Positions 29,339-37,955 of a stretch of 64,000 bases of DNA are shown here, piece after piece. The position numbers were made by a program, and so were the translations under genes. This stretch comes from Thermoanaerobaculia bacterium. GTDB lineage: Bacteria; Acidobacteriota; Thermoanaerobaculia; Multivoradales; Multivoraceae. The notes under the pieces are model-generated. The model saw only the letters and a list, made by a program, of their open reading frames with translations, had not been told where the DNA came from and did no database searches. The stretch is from contig OY761158.1 of NCBI GenBank assembly GCA_963664405.1, positions 1,792,001 through 1,856,000 on the forward strand, read 5' to 3'. Within the stretch, counting starts at the first letter, position 1. Every line of letters starts with the position of its first letter.

Positions 29339-29491
29339 ACTCGAACGTTGAGTGGCTGAGTGAGTCATTCGTGGTCGAGATCAAGGCGCGCTGACGCAGG
29401 CATAGCGGGGACTATGTCGAGGAAGCGTAACGCAGAGATCGGCCGCGAGGGCCGCTCAGGAGCAAAAAGTTTGGGTGTTACGGTCCACTAG
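29339..29491 (+). mobile_element. Palindromic MITE family B, left end truncated
   Basis: Matches 58448-58614 from ACTCGAACGTT to GGGTGTTACGGTCCACTAG. Confidence 0.88.
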
Positions 29492-29619
29492 GGAGCGAAG
29501 TAGATGTACTCGGCGCCGGCAGGGGGCTCACCGGGCCAGATGTCGACGAAGGTACGCCGATACAGCGGGGTCGGCCACAGAGGCTTCACGAACTGGGCCT
29601 CAGACTCAGCCATTGTGGC

Positions 29620-29949
29620 CATGAGCTCGCGAGTCTTCTCGGCGCTCTACCTGACAACGTTGTCATCTCCCCTCGCCTCCGCCGACCCATCGATCTCTGG
29701 CACGTCTTTACCCACTCCCGAAGCGAGCTTCTTCGCCAGCTCCGAACCAGCCTCGGCCAGATCCGCCAGAACGGCATGATCTGGGTCTCTTGGCCGAAGA
29801 AGTCCTCCGGCGTTCCATCCCAGGTCACCGAAGATGTCGTCCGCGAGCTCGCGCTCCCACTGGGACTGGTCGATGTGAAAGTCTGCGCCGTCGACGAGAC
29901 CTGGTCGGGGTTGAAGCTGGTAATTCGCAAAGAGAATCGCACCGAATAG
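29620..29949 (+). pseudogene. 5'-truncated DUF3052-like gene
   Basis: Frame reads ...LLGALPDNV...GMIWVSWPKKSSGV....TEDVVRELALPLGLVDVKVCAVDETWSGLKLVIRKE*; the usual N-terminus and start are absent. Confidence 0.7.
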
Positions 29950-30056
29950 GACTGCCCCGCCTCGAACAGGCGGCCCTCCAGCCATCCTGACCGGCGCGAT
30001 CTAAGGAGGAGGCAGGCGGAGGCAGGCGTGGGGGCGGGGGCCGGCCAAGAAGCGCC

Positions 30057-30986
30057 CTAATCCAGAGGCTCCAACCCCGCCTCGATCTCGTCCCGCTGCG
30101 ACTCGAGCCAGGGCGGCAGGATCAGAGTCTCTCCGAGGTGCGCCGGATCTTCGTCGCGGGCGAAGCCGGGGCCATCGGTGGCGAGCTCGAAGAGGACACC
30201 ACCCGGTTCGACGAAGTAGACCGACTGAAACCAGAAGCGATCGATCTGAGGGGTGGGTCGATGCCCGTCTCGAGCGAGAGTCTCGCGAAGCTCCATCTCT
30301 CGATCGCTGTCGGGGAGTCGCCAGGCGACGTGATGAACGGCTCCCCGCCCCGATTGGGCTCGGCCTTCCTCAGGTCGCTCCATGAGATCGAGTAGCGTTC
30401 CCGAGCCTCCCTCACCCGAGGAGAATCGCTCCCAGCCCTGGTCGCGCCCCCGCCCCTCGAGTCCCATCGGTCCGCACAAGAGATCTCGCGTCTTGGCGGC
30501 ATCCCGCACCCAGAGTCGCACCGCATGAAGCCCCCGCACCTGCTGCTCCTCGGCGACCGGGCTCGCGCCCCAGGGCACGAAGGGTCGCTCTTCGACTTCC
30601 ACAAGCGCCAGCCGAAGGCCATGAGGATCGCGAAAAGGTAGGGCCGCCTCACCGAATCTCTCCTCGTCGGGCTCGAGCTCGACTCCGTGATCTTGCAAGT
30701 GCCGCCTCCACTCGCCGAGAGTCGACGCCGGCACGGCGAGCTCGACCTCCACCGTCGAGCCTGCTCCTCTTCGCGCCGGCGGCATCTGAGGCCAAGAGAA
30801 GAAAGTCAGATCGGTGCCAGGGCTACCCGCACCGTCGGCGTAGAAGAGGTGGTAGGTATCGGTCGCGTCCTGGTTCACCGTTCGCTTTACCAGGCGCATG
30901 CCGAGGACGTCGGTGTAGAAGGCTAGGTTCTCCCGCGGGTCGCCGGCGATACAGGTAACGTGATGGAGACCGTGGACCTTCGACAT
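30057..30986 (-). CDS. Ring-cleaving dioxygenase / VOC family (MhqO-like)
   Basis: GLHHVT, LG.RLVKRTVNQD, GAVHHVAW, DRFWFQSVYF.EPGGVLFELATDGPGF. Confidence 0.92.
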   Translation of the reverse strand: MSKVHGLHHVTCIAGDPRENLAFYTDVLGMRLVKRTVNQDATDTYHLFYADGAGSPGTDLTFFSWPQMPPARRGAGSTVEVELAVPASTLGEWRRHLQDHGVELEPDEERFGEAALPFRDPHGLRLALVEVEERPFVPWGASPVAEEQQVRGLHAVRLWVRDAAKTRDLLCGPMGLEGRGRDQGWERFSSGEGGSGTLLDLMERPEEGRAQSGRGAVHHVAWRLPDSDREMELRETLARDGHRPTPQIDRFWFQSVYFVEPGGVLFELATDGPGFARDEDPAHLGETLILPPWLESQRDEIEAGLEPLD

Positions 30987-31065
30987 CGTCGAATCCTACA
31001 ACGTCGAAGGCCGCGACTCGGGCGCCGAGGTTAGGATGCGCTGAGGAGCCCTGATCCAAGCGACC

Positions 31066-32217
31066 ATGCGAATTCTCGCTCTCGAGCCCTACTACGGCGG
31101 CAGTCACCGCGCCTTTCTCGACGGCTGCCGTCGGCACTCGCGGCACCACTGGACCCTACTCCAGCTCCCCCCAAACAAGTGGAAGTGGCGCATGCGCCAG
31201 AGCCCACTCCTCTTCGCCTGGCAGGCGGAGGAAGCGCTCGCGCGCGGAGGGCGCTTCGACCTTCTCTTCTGCTCCGACATGCTTCCGCTTGCCGAATTCT
31301 TCGGCCTTGCGCCTGCACCTCTGCGTGAGCTCCCAAGCGTGGTGTATTTCCACGAGAACCAACTCACCTACCCTTTCCGCTTCAAGAAAGAGCGGGACTA
31401 TCACTTCGGCCTCAGCAACATCTCGAGCGCCCTGGCCGCCGACGAGGTCTGGTTCAACTCCGCCTATCATCGCGATGCCTTCCTCGACGCCATCCCGACC
31501 TTCCTCTCCAAGATGCCAGATCATCGGCCGCTCGCGGCGGAGGAGAAGATCCGCGCCAAGTCCCAGGTTCATCATCCAGGAATCGAGTCGGACTCGACGA
31601 AGACGCCACGCCCTGAGCGCCGACCTGGACCTCTTCACATTCTCTGGGCGGCCCGCTGGGAACACGACAAAGACCCCGAGACGTTCTTCAACGCGATTCG
31701 ACGATTGCATCGGCAAGGCAACGACTTCCGCCTCTCCGTTGTTGGCGAGCGCTTCCGGGAGCGGCCTGCGGTCTTCGACGATGCACAAAAACTCTACGCA
31801 GACCGGATTCTCAACTGGGGCTTCCTCGAGAAGCGCAGCGACTACGAGGCTGCACTACGGGAGGCTGACGTCTTTGTCTCTACTGCTCGCCACGAATTCT
31901 TCGGCCTGAGCACAGTCGAAGCCATGGCGGCCGGCGCCCTCCCTCTCCTTCCTCGAAGGCTGACCTATCCAGAGCTCCTCGCTCTCGATCAGGACCCTAC
32001 TCGGGAGCGATTCTTCTACGACGGCTCCGCCAACAACCTCGCCGATCGGCTAAGGGACCACTGCCAGGCGGCGTCTGCCGGGGACCTGCTTTCTGCGAGC
32101 GACACCACAGCGCTGGCCGCCCGCTTTCACTGGTCCAAGGTGGCGCCGGAGCTCGACCGTGCCCTGGAGTCGAGCACCGCGACTTCGAGAAGCGCCTCGC
32201 CTACCCGCCGGTCGTAG
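31066..32217 (+). CDS. DUF3524 GT4 glycosyltransferase (GTDC1/QTMAN-like)
   Basis: LEPYYGGSH, WKWRMR, YFHENQLTYP, FNS.YH, RWEHDK.P, STARHEFFG, RLTYPE. Confidence 0.9.
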   Translation: MRILALEPYYGGSHRAFLDGCRRHSRHHWTLLQLPPNKWKWRMRQSPLLFAWQAEEALARGGRFDLLFCSDMLPLAEFFGLAPAPLRELPSVVYFHENQLTYPFRFKKERDYHFGLSNISSALAADEVWFNSAYHRDAFLDAIPTFLSKMPDHRPLAAEEKIRAKSQVHHPGIESDSTKTPRPERRPGPLHILWAARWEHDKDPETFFNAIRRLHRQGNDFRLSVVGERFRERPAVFDDAQKLYADRILNWGFLEKRSDYEAALREADVFVSTARHEFFGLSTVEAMAAGALPLLPRRLTYPELLALDQDPTRERFFYDGSANNLADRLRDHCQAASAGDLLSASDTTALAARFHWSKVAPELDRALESSTATSRSASPTRRS

Positions 32218-32680
32218 CGGCCACCGGCAGGCGGCCGCTGATCACATAGTCGAGCAAGGCGACCACCTGCTGAGGGTCGCGAGCGACAGCCTGTGCCGCT
32301 CCGTCAACCTCCTTGAGTGCATGGTCGAACTCTTCGGGATGCAAAATCACCAGCGACTTACCTAGAGCGGCCGCGTAGCCCGCATCGAAAGCGGCATTCC
32401 ACTGCCGGTACTTCTCTCCGAATCGAACCACCACCAGATCGGCATCGGCGATCAGTGAGCGGGTGCGCATGGCGTTGACAGAGGCACCCTTGTGGTCTTT
32501 CCAGAAGGAGGAGCCCTCCTCGCCCAAGATCGCGACACCGCAGTCATCGCTAGCCGCGTGGTCGGTTACCGGCGCCGAGAATGAAATCGGCAGTTCGGCT
32601 TCGCGCACGCCGTCTTCAATGCGCTGCCGCCAGTCGCTGTGAATCTCTCCCGACAGATAGACCTTCCAGATCTTGCTCAT
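32201..32680 (-). CDS. YtoQ family protein
   Basis: VYLSGEIHSDWR, DH..SD.CG, VVRFG.KY.QWNAAFDAG, H.LKEVD. Confidence 0.9.
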   Translation of the reverse strand: MSKIWKVYLSGEIHSDWRQRIEDGVREAELPISFSAPVTDHAASDDCGVAILGEEGSSFWKDHKGASVNAMRTRSLIADADLVVVRFGEKYRQWNAAFDAGYAAALGKSLVILHPEEFDHALKEVDGAAQAVARDPQQVVALLDYVISGRLPVAATTGG

Positions 32681-32719
32681 CTCTCTGATCCTCCTTCACG
32701 TCTTCAGTGCACGCGCACC

Positions 32720-34282
32720 TCAGTGCACGGCGCGATCACGGCCCTCCCAATAGGGGCTACGGAGATCTTTCTTCAAGATCTTGCCGGCGCCACTCAGCGG
32801 GAGAGGCTCTTCACGAAGCTCCATACTTCTGGGGCACTTGAAATTTGCGATGAGCCTCCGGCAGTGCTCGACCAGCTCCTCCTGGGTCAGCGACTGGCCC
32901 TCCTGGAGCCGCACGATGGCGTGGACACGCTCACCCCACTTCTCATCCGGCACACCGATCACCGCGCACTCGGCTACGGCGGGATGCCCTTGCACCGCAT
33001 TCTCGACCTCGGCAGAGTACACATTCTCGCCGCCACTGATGATCATGTCCTTGACCCGATCGACGATGAAGAGAAAACCCTCCTCGTCCAGGTAGCCGCC
33101 GTCACCGGTGTGGAGCCAACCGTCGCGCAGAGTCTCTGTGGTCTCTTCCTCCATCCGCCAATAGCCGAGCATCACGTTGTCGCCGCGCGCACAGATCTCG
33201 CCCACCGTTCCTCTTGGCACTTCGGCGCCCTCTTCGTTCAGAATCACGATGTCGACGCCGGCCACGGCCTGCCCAGCCGACTTGAGCTTGCCGGCATGAG
33301 GGCCCTCGGTGGTGTGGTACTCAGGACCCAGGATCGTGAGCACGGGAGAAGTCTCGGTCTGCCCGTAGGCCTGGAGAAAAGAGACCTCCGGCATCACTTC
33401 CATCGCACGCTGGATGACCGCTTCCGGCATCGGTGAAGCGCCGTAGAGGAGCTGGCGCAGACTCGATAGATCGAAGCGCTCTATATCAGGGTGATGAACA
33501 ACCATGTTGATCATCGTCGGCACCAGAAGACACGAGGTGATCCGCTCGCTCTCTATCGCCTGAAGCACGGCGGTGGGCTCGAAAGCCGGCAGGATGACAC
33601 TGGCAACGCCGATGGTGGCCGAAGCCATACAGAAGAAACCATCGGCGAGATGGAACATCGGAGCGGCGTGAAGAAAGACATCGTCAGGCCGGAACCCCAT
33701 ATCGGGCTGGGCCTGCAGCGGGTTGAGAGTGAGCCCTCGATGACTCAGCATCACCCCCTTCGAGCGCCCGGTGGTTCCACCGGTGTAGAAGATGCCGGCG
33801 AGGTCGTCACCAGCCCGTATCGAGGCCTCTACCGGCGAGCTCGAGGCGATCAAGTCTTCGTAGCCCGAGAAACCTTCGGGAGCCGGGCCATCGCCGAGGT
33901 AGATCCGCTCCCGCACGGTAGCAAGCTCGCCCTCGATCTCGGCCAGCGCGCCGAGAAAATTGTCGTCGATCATCAATACCGAGCTCTCGGAATCGTTCAG
34001 CCAATGAACGATCTCGGCAGGTGCCAGCCGAGTGTTGACAGGAACGAAAACACCGCCCGACCAGGCGACGCCGAAGTAGAACTCGTAATAACGATCACTA
34101 TTTAGAGCGAGGATCGCAACTCGATCACCCGCGGCCACACCTAACTTCCGCAGTGCGCCGCCGAGGCGCGCCACCCGATCCGCCAACTGGCTCCAAGTCT
34201 GCTCACGCCCTCCCATTCGGGTCGCGACACCCTGCGGTCGAACCTGCTCTGCCCTGCGAATCACCTGACTCAATGACGACAT
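32720..34282 (-). CDS. Long-chain-fatty-acid--CoA ligase
   Basis: YTGGTTGRSKG, AYGQTE, WLHTGD, DRVKDMIISGGENVY, GAGKILK; start at MSSLSQ. Confidence 0.92.
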   Translation of the reverse strand: MSSLSQVIRRAEQVRPQGVATRMGGREQTWSQLADRVARLGGALRKLGVAAGDRVAILALNSDRYYEFYFGVAWSGGVFVPVNTRLAPAEIVHWLNDSESSVLMIDDNFLGALAEIEGELATVRERIYLGDGPAPEGFSGYEDLIASSSPVEASIRAGDDLAGIFYTGGTTGRSKGVMLSHRGLTLNPLQAQPDMGFRPDDVFLHAAPMFHLADGFFCMASATIGVASVILPAFEPTAVLQAIESERITSCLLVPTMINMVVHHPDIERFDLSSLRQLLYGASPMPEAVIQRAMEVMPEVSFLQAYGQTETSPVLTILGPEYHTTEGPHAGKLKSAGQAVAGVDIVILNEEGAEVPRGTVGEICARGDNVMLGYWRMEEETTETLRDGWLHTGDGGYLDEEGFLFIVDRVKDMIISGGENVYSAEVENAVQGHPAVAECAVIGVPDEKWGERVHAIVRLQEGQSLTQEELVEHCRRLIANFKCPRSMELREEPLPLSGAGKILKKDLRSPYWEGRDRAVH

Positions 34283-34356
34283 TGTCCCTCCATTCCAGCG
34301 AAGAGCCGAGCGTACTACGAGCCAAGAACGTACCCGCGGCTCGACATCGGGCAAGT

Positions 34357-34989
34357 CTATGGCAACCGGATCAATTCACCGCTGGCATCGATGGAGACCT
34401 CGACTTCTTTGGCGACGCGCAACAGCAGCCTGCTCGGGTCCTCGAGACCCCACTCGACATAAGGCACCAAGAAAGTGGTTCGCGCGTGTAACCGACCCGC
34501 CCTGGAGTCGAGGGTCACCGGCAGGGTGAGTGAGTGCTCCTCCCCGTGGATCCGCAGTCGCGCCAGCACCCGGATGACGCCGCCACTCCCCGGCTCGAAG
34601 CTCCCGACCAATCCATCGACAATGAGCACGAGCTCCGGGAAATCATCGCTCTCCAGCACCCGCTGATGCATCTGCTTGTCTCGCCTGGCGTTCCCGGTCT
34701 CGAAAGAACGCGCGTCGACCACCACCTGACCTTCTGCCTCGCCGCGCTCGGTATCGATGCGAAGGCTCCCTCGAAGCGCCTGCGCCGTGCCGTGGACCTT
34801 GTGGAGAGTGGAATCGACCACGAACCTGATCTCGGTGGCGGCGACGTCGAGATCGAAGCTGTAGGTCTGCGCCGCGAGTGAGCTCGGCACCACGAGCGCA
34901 AGAAAAGCAAGGACCCAGCTTCTAGACCAGCGTTTCCAAAGTTCGCGCACATATCTCGGCCCCTTCGGACACGCTGGTCTAGTCTTCAT
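34357..34989 (-). CDS. YceI family protein with a 19-codon MITE remnant in its signal peptide
   Basis: F.V.STLH.V.G, S..TGN..RD..M...VLE...FP, L.IHG. Removing the insert gives MKTRSWVLAFLALVVPSSLAAQ. Confidence 0.88.
   Translation of the reverse strand: MKTRPACPKGPRYVRELWKRWSRSWVLAFLALVVPSSLAAQTYSFDLDVAATEIRFVVDSTLHKVHGTAQALRGSLRIDTERGEAEGQVVVDARSFETGNARRDKQMHQRVLESDDFPELVLIVDGLVGSFEPGSGGVIRVLARLRIHGEEHSLTLPVTLDSRAGRLHARTTFLVPYVEWGLEDPSRLLLRVAKEVEVSIDASGELIRLP
34922..34982 (-). mobile_element. MITE family A, internally deleted copy (57 bp CTAG to CTAG)
   Basis: Both TIR ends retained; 105 bp of the interior is missing relative to the 162-bp copies. Confidence 0.9.
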
Positions 34990-35895
34990 GGAAGCGGTAG
35001 CGCAGCACCGTGCGAATGTTCAAGAGTCCGTCGGTCTCGGAGGAGGTGGCCGGAGGTCGCACCACCTCCAGGGGACTATAGAAAAGCTCGATCCCCAGGC
35101 GCGTCCTCTTCGTCGTAGGAACGGTGATGCCGGCAAGGATCCCCCAGGTGTCGCCGTCGCTACGAAGCAACGTGCGATCGATAACGCCAAAGGTAGCAGC
35201 GTTGACCTGGAACTCCTGGTCGAAGTGATTGATGAAGCCGCCAAAGTGAAGCTCCGACCGCCGCCAAGAGCGCAGCCGATAGCCAGCACCCAAGTACAGG
35301 CCCAGGTGCTCGAGAGTGGCCGTATCGTTGGACCGTGATCGGCAACCAAAGGCGTTCTGCGGAGATCCCGGCGGGAACGAGGCCTCTTCATCTCCGCATG
35401 TGAAGTCGCCCTCGATATCTCCGACTTGGCCATGCGCTCTCAACCCCAGCGACCAACGCTCTCCGTCGACCAGGTTGCGCTCGAGAGCCATAGAGAAGAG
35501 GCTGGGCTTCATCCCCTCTAGCGTCACCGGTGGAAGGTAGCTGGCCTCGAGAGAGAATCGGAAAGGCAGCCCCAGAGTCACCCGCGGCCGCACCAGCACC
35601 GGGAGTTTGTTCAGATCCTCCTCTTTGGTCCCCTCGAAGCCGACCGTTCGTTGCGCAGTGTCGAGATGCGGAATCTGCGTGAGCTCGACTCCGACGTCGA
35701 CGGACCAGGCCTTTCGTACTTCAGGGGGCCCTATCGGCGTCAGTAGGGAGGCCGAATTGAAGTACTTCATAGCCCAGCTCTCCGGCCGATCGAAGTCGAT
35801 ATCTTCGGTCACTTCGATCACCGGCTGAGCCGGCGCCGGCGCAGTGATCACTAGGAGCGACAGAAGGCCGAGACAGAGCCTATTGATGAACAGTG
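34979..35895 (-). CDS. Probable outer-membrane beta-barrel protein; start apparently removed by IS insertion
   Basis: The frame extends past GTG 35851 through ALFINRLCLGLLSLLVITAPAPAQ to the IS30 end with no ATG; C-terminus LRYRF. Confidence 0.7.
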
Positions 35896-35898
35896 CTT

Positions 35899-35974
35899 GG
35901 GTTCAAGGGGTCGTCGCAACGTTGCCTTGGTGAGCAGAGTGTACAAACTCATCGAAGACTTCGGCAGGGGTTCT
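35899..35974 (-). mobile_element. IS30 right-end fragment
   Basis: ~75 bp nearly identical to 36391-36465, including the IR GGGTTCAAG.GGTCGTCGCAAC. Confidence 0.9.
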
Positions 35975-36388
35975 GAGCGGTCACGGTTTCGTGGACACCA
36001 AGTTAAGCCCCATCGGGGCAGTTCCTATTCTGCATCAGTTCGGGTAGTCAGCTTCGGACGAGGCTGTGCGAGGTTCGGGGAGCGCAGCCTCCCTTCGGAT
36101 CCGACCGCCGGTCGCGCGTGAGTTCACGCTGCCCCTTCGAAGGCCTCGGGGCTCAGGAATCCGAGCGTCGAATGCTGGCGTCTCAGGTTGTAGAACACTT
36201 CGAGGTAAGAAACCGCTTCGTCGTGAGCTCGCTGACGAGTCTCGAAGGGTCGGTCCCAGACCTCGGTCTTGAGACTGTCGAAGAAGCTCTCCAAGACCGC
36301 ATTGTCATAACAATTTCCGACGCCGGACATGCTGCAGCGAAACCGCAGCTCAGCCAGCCGATCCTGGTAAGCCTTCGAGGCGTACTGC
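35974..36388 (-). mobile_element. IS3-family remnant (right IR and OrfB C-terminus)
   Basis: End reads TGAGCGGTCACGGTTTCGTGGACACC; frame reads QYAS..Y...SMS..GNCYDNA..ESFF.SLK.E...FYN..R.HSTLG.LSP..FE. Confidence 0.88.
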
Positions 36389-36390
36389 TT

Positions 36391-37836
36391 GGGTTCAAGG
36401 AGTCGTCGCAGCGTTGCCTTGGTGAGCAGAGTGTACAAGCTCATCGAAGACTTCGGCAGGGGTTCTCCAGCCGAGGGTCTTGCGGGGTCGGCCGTTGAGT
36501 GCGAGCGCGACCGCGGCGAGGTCGTCGCAGGAGTATCTGACAAGGTCGGTGCCCTTCGGGAAGTACTGGCGTAGTAGTCCGTTGGTGTTCTCGTTGGTGC
36601 CCCGCTGCCAGGGGCTGTGCGGGTCGCAGAAGTAGATCGCGAGGCCGGTATCGACGCGGAGTTGAGCGTGTTGAGCCATCTCGGCGCCCTGGTCCCAGGT
36701 CAAGGACCGGCGGAGCTGCTCGGGCAGCGTGGTGATTGACACCGCGATCGCGTCACGGACGGCTTCGGCGCCGTGCCCGGCGAGGGCCGGCCCGTTCTTC
36801 ACCCTCGATTCGGTCCCGTGCCCTTCCATGCGGGGCAGGTGCAGCAGCATCGTGAACCGCGTAGTGCGTTCGACGAGGGTCCCGATCGCTGAGCTCTCGA
36901 GCCCGACGATCAGGTCGCCTTCCCAGTGACCCGGCACGGCCCTGTCGCCGGCTTCGGCGGGGCGTTCGCTGATCATGATCTCCGGAGTTACAAATTTCTT
37001 GCCTCTCCCCCGGGTTCGCGCATGCGGCACTCGTAGCGCTCGCCCGGTTCGCAGGCACGCGACGAGCTCGCGTTTGAGGGCTCCTCGACCTTGGATGTAG
37101 AGCGCTTGGTAGATCGCCTCGTGAGAGATCCGCATCGACTCATTATGGGGGAAATCAATCCGAAGCCGGTTCGAGATCTGCTCCGGACTCCAGGATTTCG
37201 CCCAACGCCGATCCTGGCGACGGCCGTGCCGACGGCCGATCCAACGCACATCCGGACCCGGCACCAGCTCCCCGTCAGGCCTTGCGATCACGCCGGCGAG
37301 GCGGTTCTGCACGTACTCACGCAAGGCATCGTTCGCGGCAAGCTTGGAGACCTTCGGACGGCTGGCGCGCCGCTCCGCGTGCCACTGCGCAGTCGTGGCC
37401 CGATAAGTTACGGCACGGCTGCGAGTCGCCGCGTTGCGGCGCAGCTCCCGCAAAATCGTCGACGGTGAACGACCCAGGCGGCGAGCGATCTCACGTACCC
37501 CAACATGCTGAGCGTGAAGGATGGCGATCTCTTCACGCTCGGCGAACGACAGATAACGCCCCGACACCGGAGCCAACGAGATAGGTCGCATTCCACCAGC
37601 TTGCCTGAACCATCTCGACCCGACAGCCGGCGACACCCCAGCCTCTGTTGCGGCGTCCTCGCTGGACGCCCCACGAGCGATCGTCTCCCAGAACCGGATC
37701 CGGTCCTCGCGCCGCGCTGTCGAGGGCCGGCCAGGTGACCGCATCTGGCCACGCATCGCTCGAATCGCACCCTGACACTTGCCAACTCCCATCGAAACAC
37801 CTCCATCACGAGATGTTGCGACGACCAGTTGAATCC
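36391..37836 (-). mobile_element. Complete IS30-family element (~1.45 kb)
   Basis: IRs GGGTTCAAGGAGTCGTCGCAGC and, as reverse complement, GGATTCAACTGGTCGTCGCAAC. Confidence 0.92.
36395..37792 (-). CDS. IS30 family transposase
   Basis: GGAGGT RBS; LS..EREEI, WSPEQI, SHEAIY; DDE motifs GHWEGDL, TWDQGAEM, QRGTNENTNG. Confidence 0.95.
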   Translation of the reverse strand: MGVGKCQGAIRAMRGQMRSPGRPSTARREDRIRFWETIARGASSEDAATEAGVSPAVGSRWFRQAGGMRPISLAPVSGRYLSFAEREEIAILHAQHVGVREIARRLGRSPSTILRELRRNAATRSRAVTYRATTAQWHAERRASRPKVSKLAANDALREYVQNRLAGVIARPDGELVPGPDVRWIGRRHGRRQDRRWAKSWSPEQISNRLRIDFPHNESMRISHEAIYQALYIQGRGALKRELVACLRTGRALRVPHARTRGRGKKFVTPEIMISERPAEAGDRAVPGHWEGDLIVGLESSAIGTLVERTTRFTMLLHLPRMEGHGTESRVKNGPALAGHGAEAVRDAIAVSITTLPEQLRRSLTWDQGAEMAQHAQLRVDTGLAIYFCDPHSPWQRGTNENTNGLLRQYFPKGTDLVRYSCDDLAAVALALNGRPRKTLGWRTPAEVFDELVHSAHQGNAATTP

Positions 37837-37955
37837 GCCGTGGACACCTCCCTTTGCATACGGGCCTGGCCCTACGATCGGTCGGCATGTTCAGAGATCG
37901 GCCCTTCATTGGAGCGACCGCTATGCTAGCCTCTCGTGTTCGCAAGGGCTCAATT

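Noticed and set aside
30008-30027. GGAGGCAGGC x2; also TCAGTGCACG x2 at 32704 and 32720
   Set aside because: Short duplications with no evidence of function.
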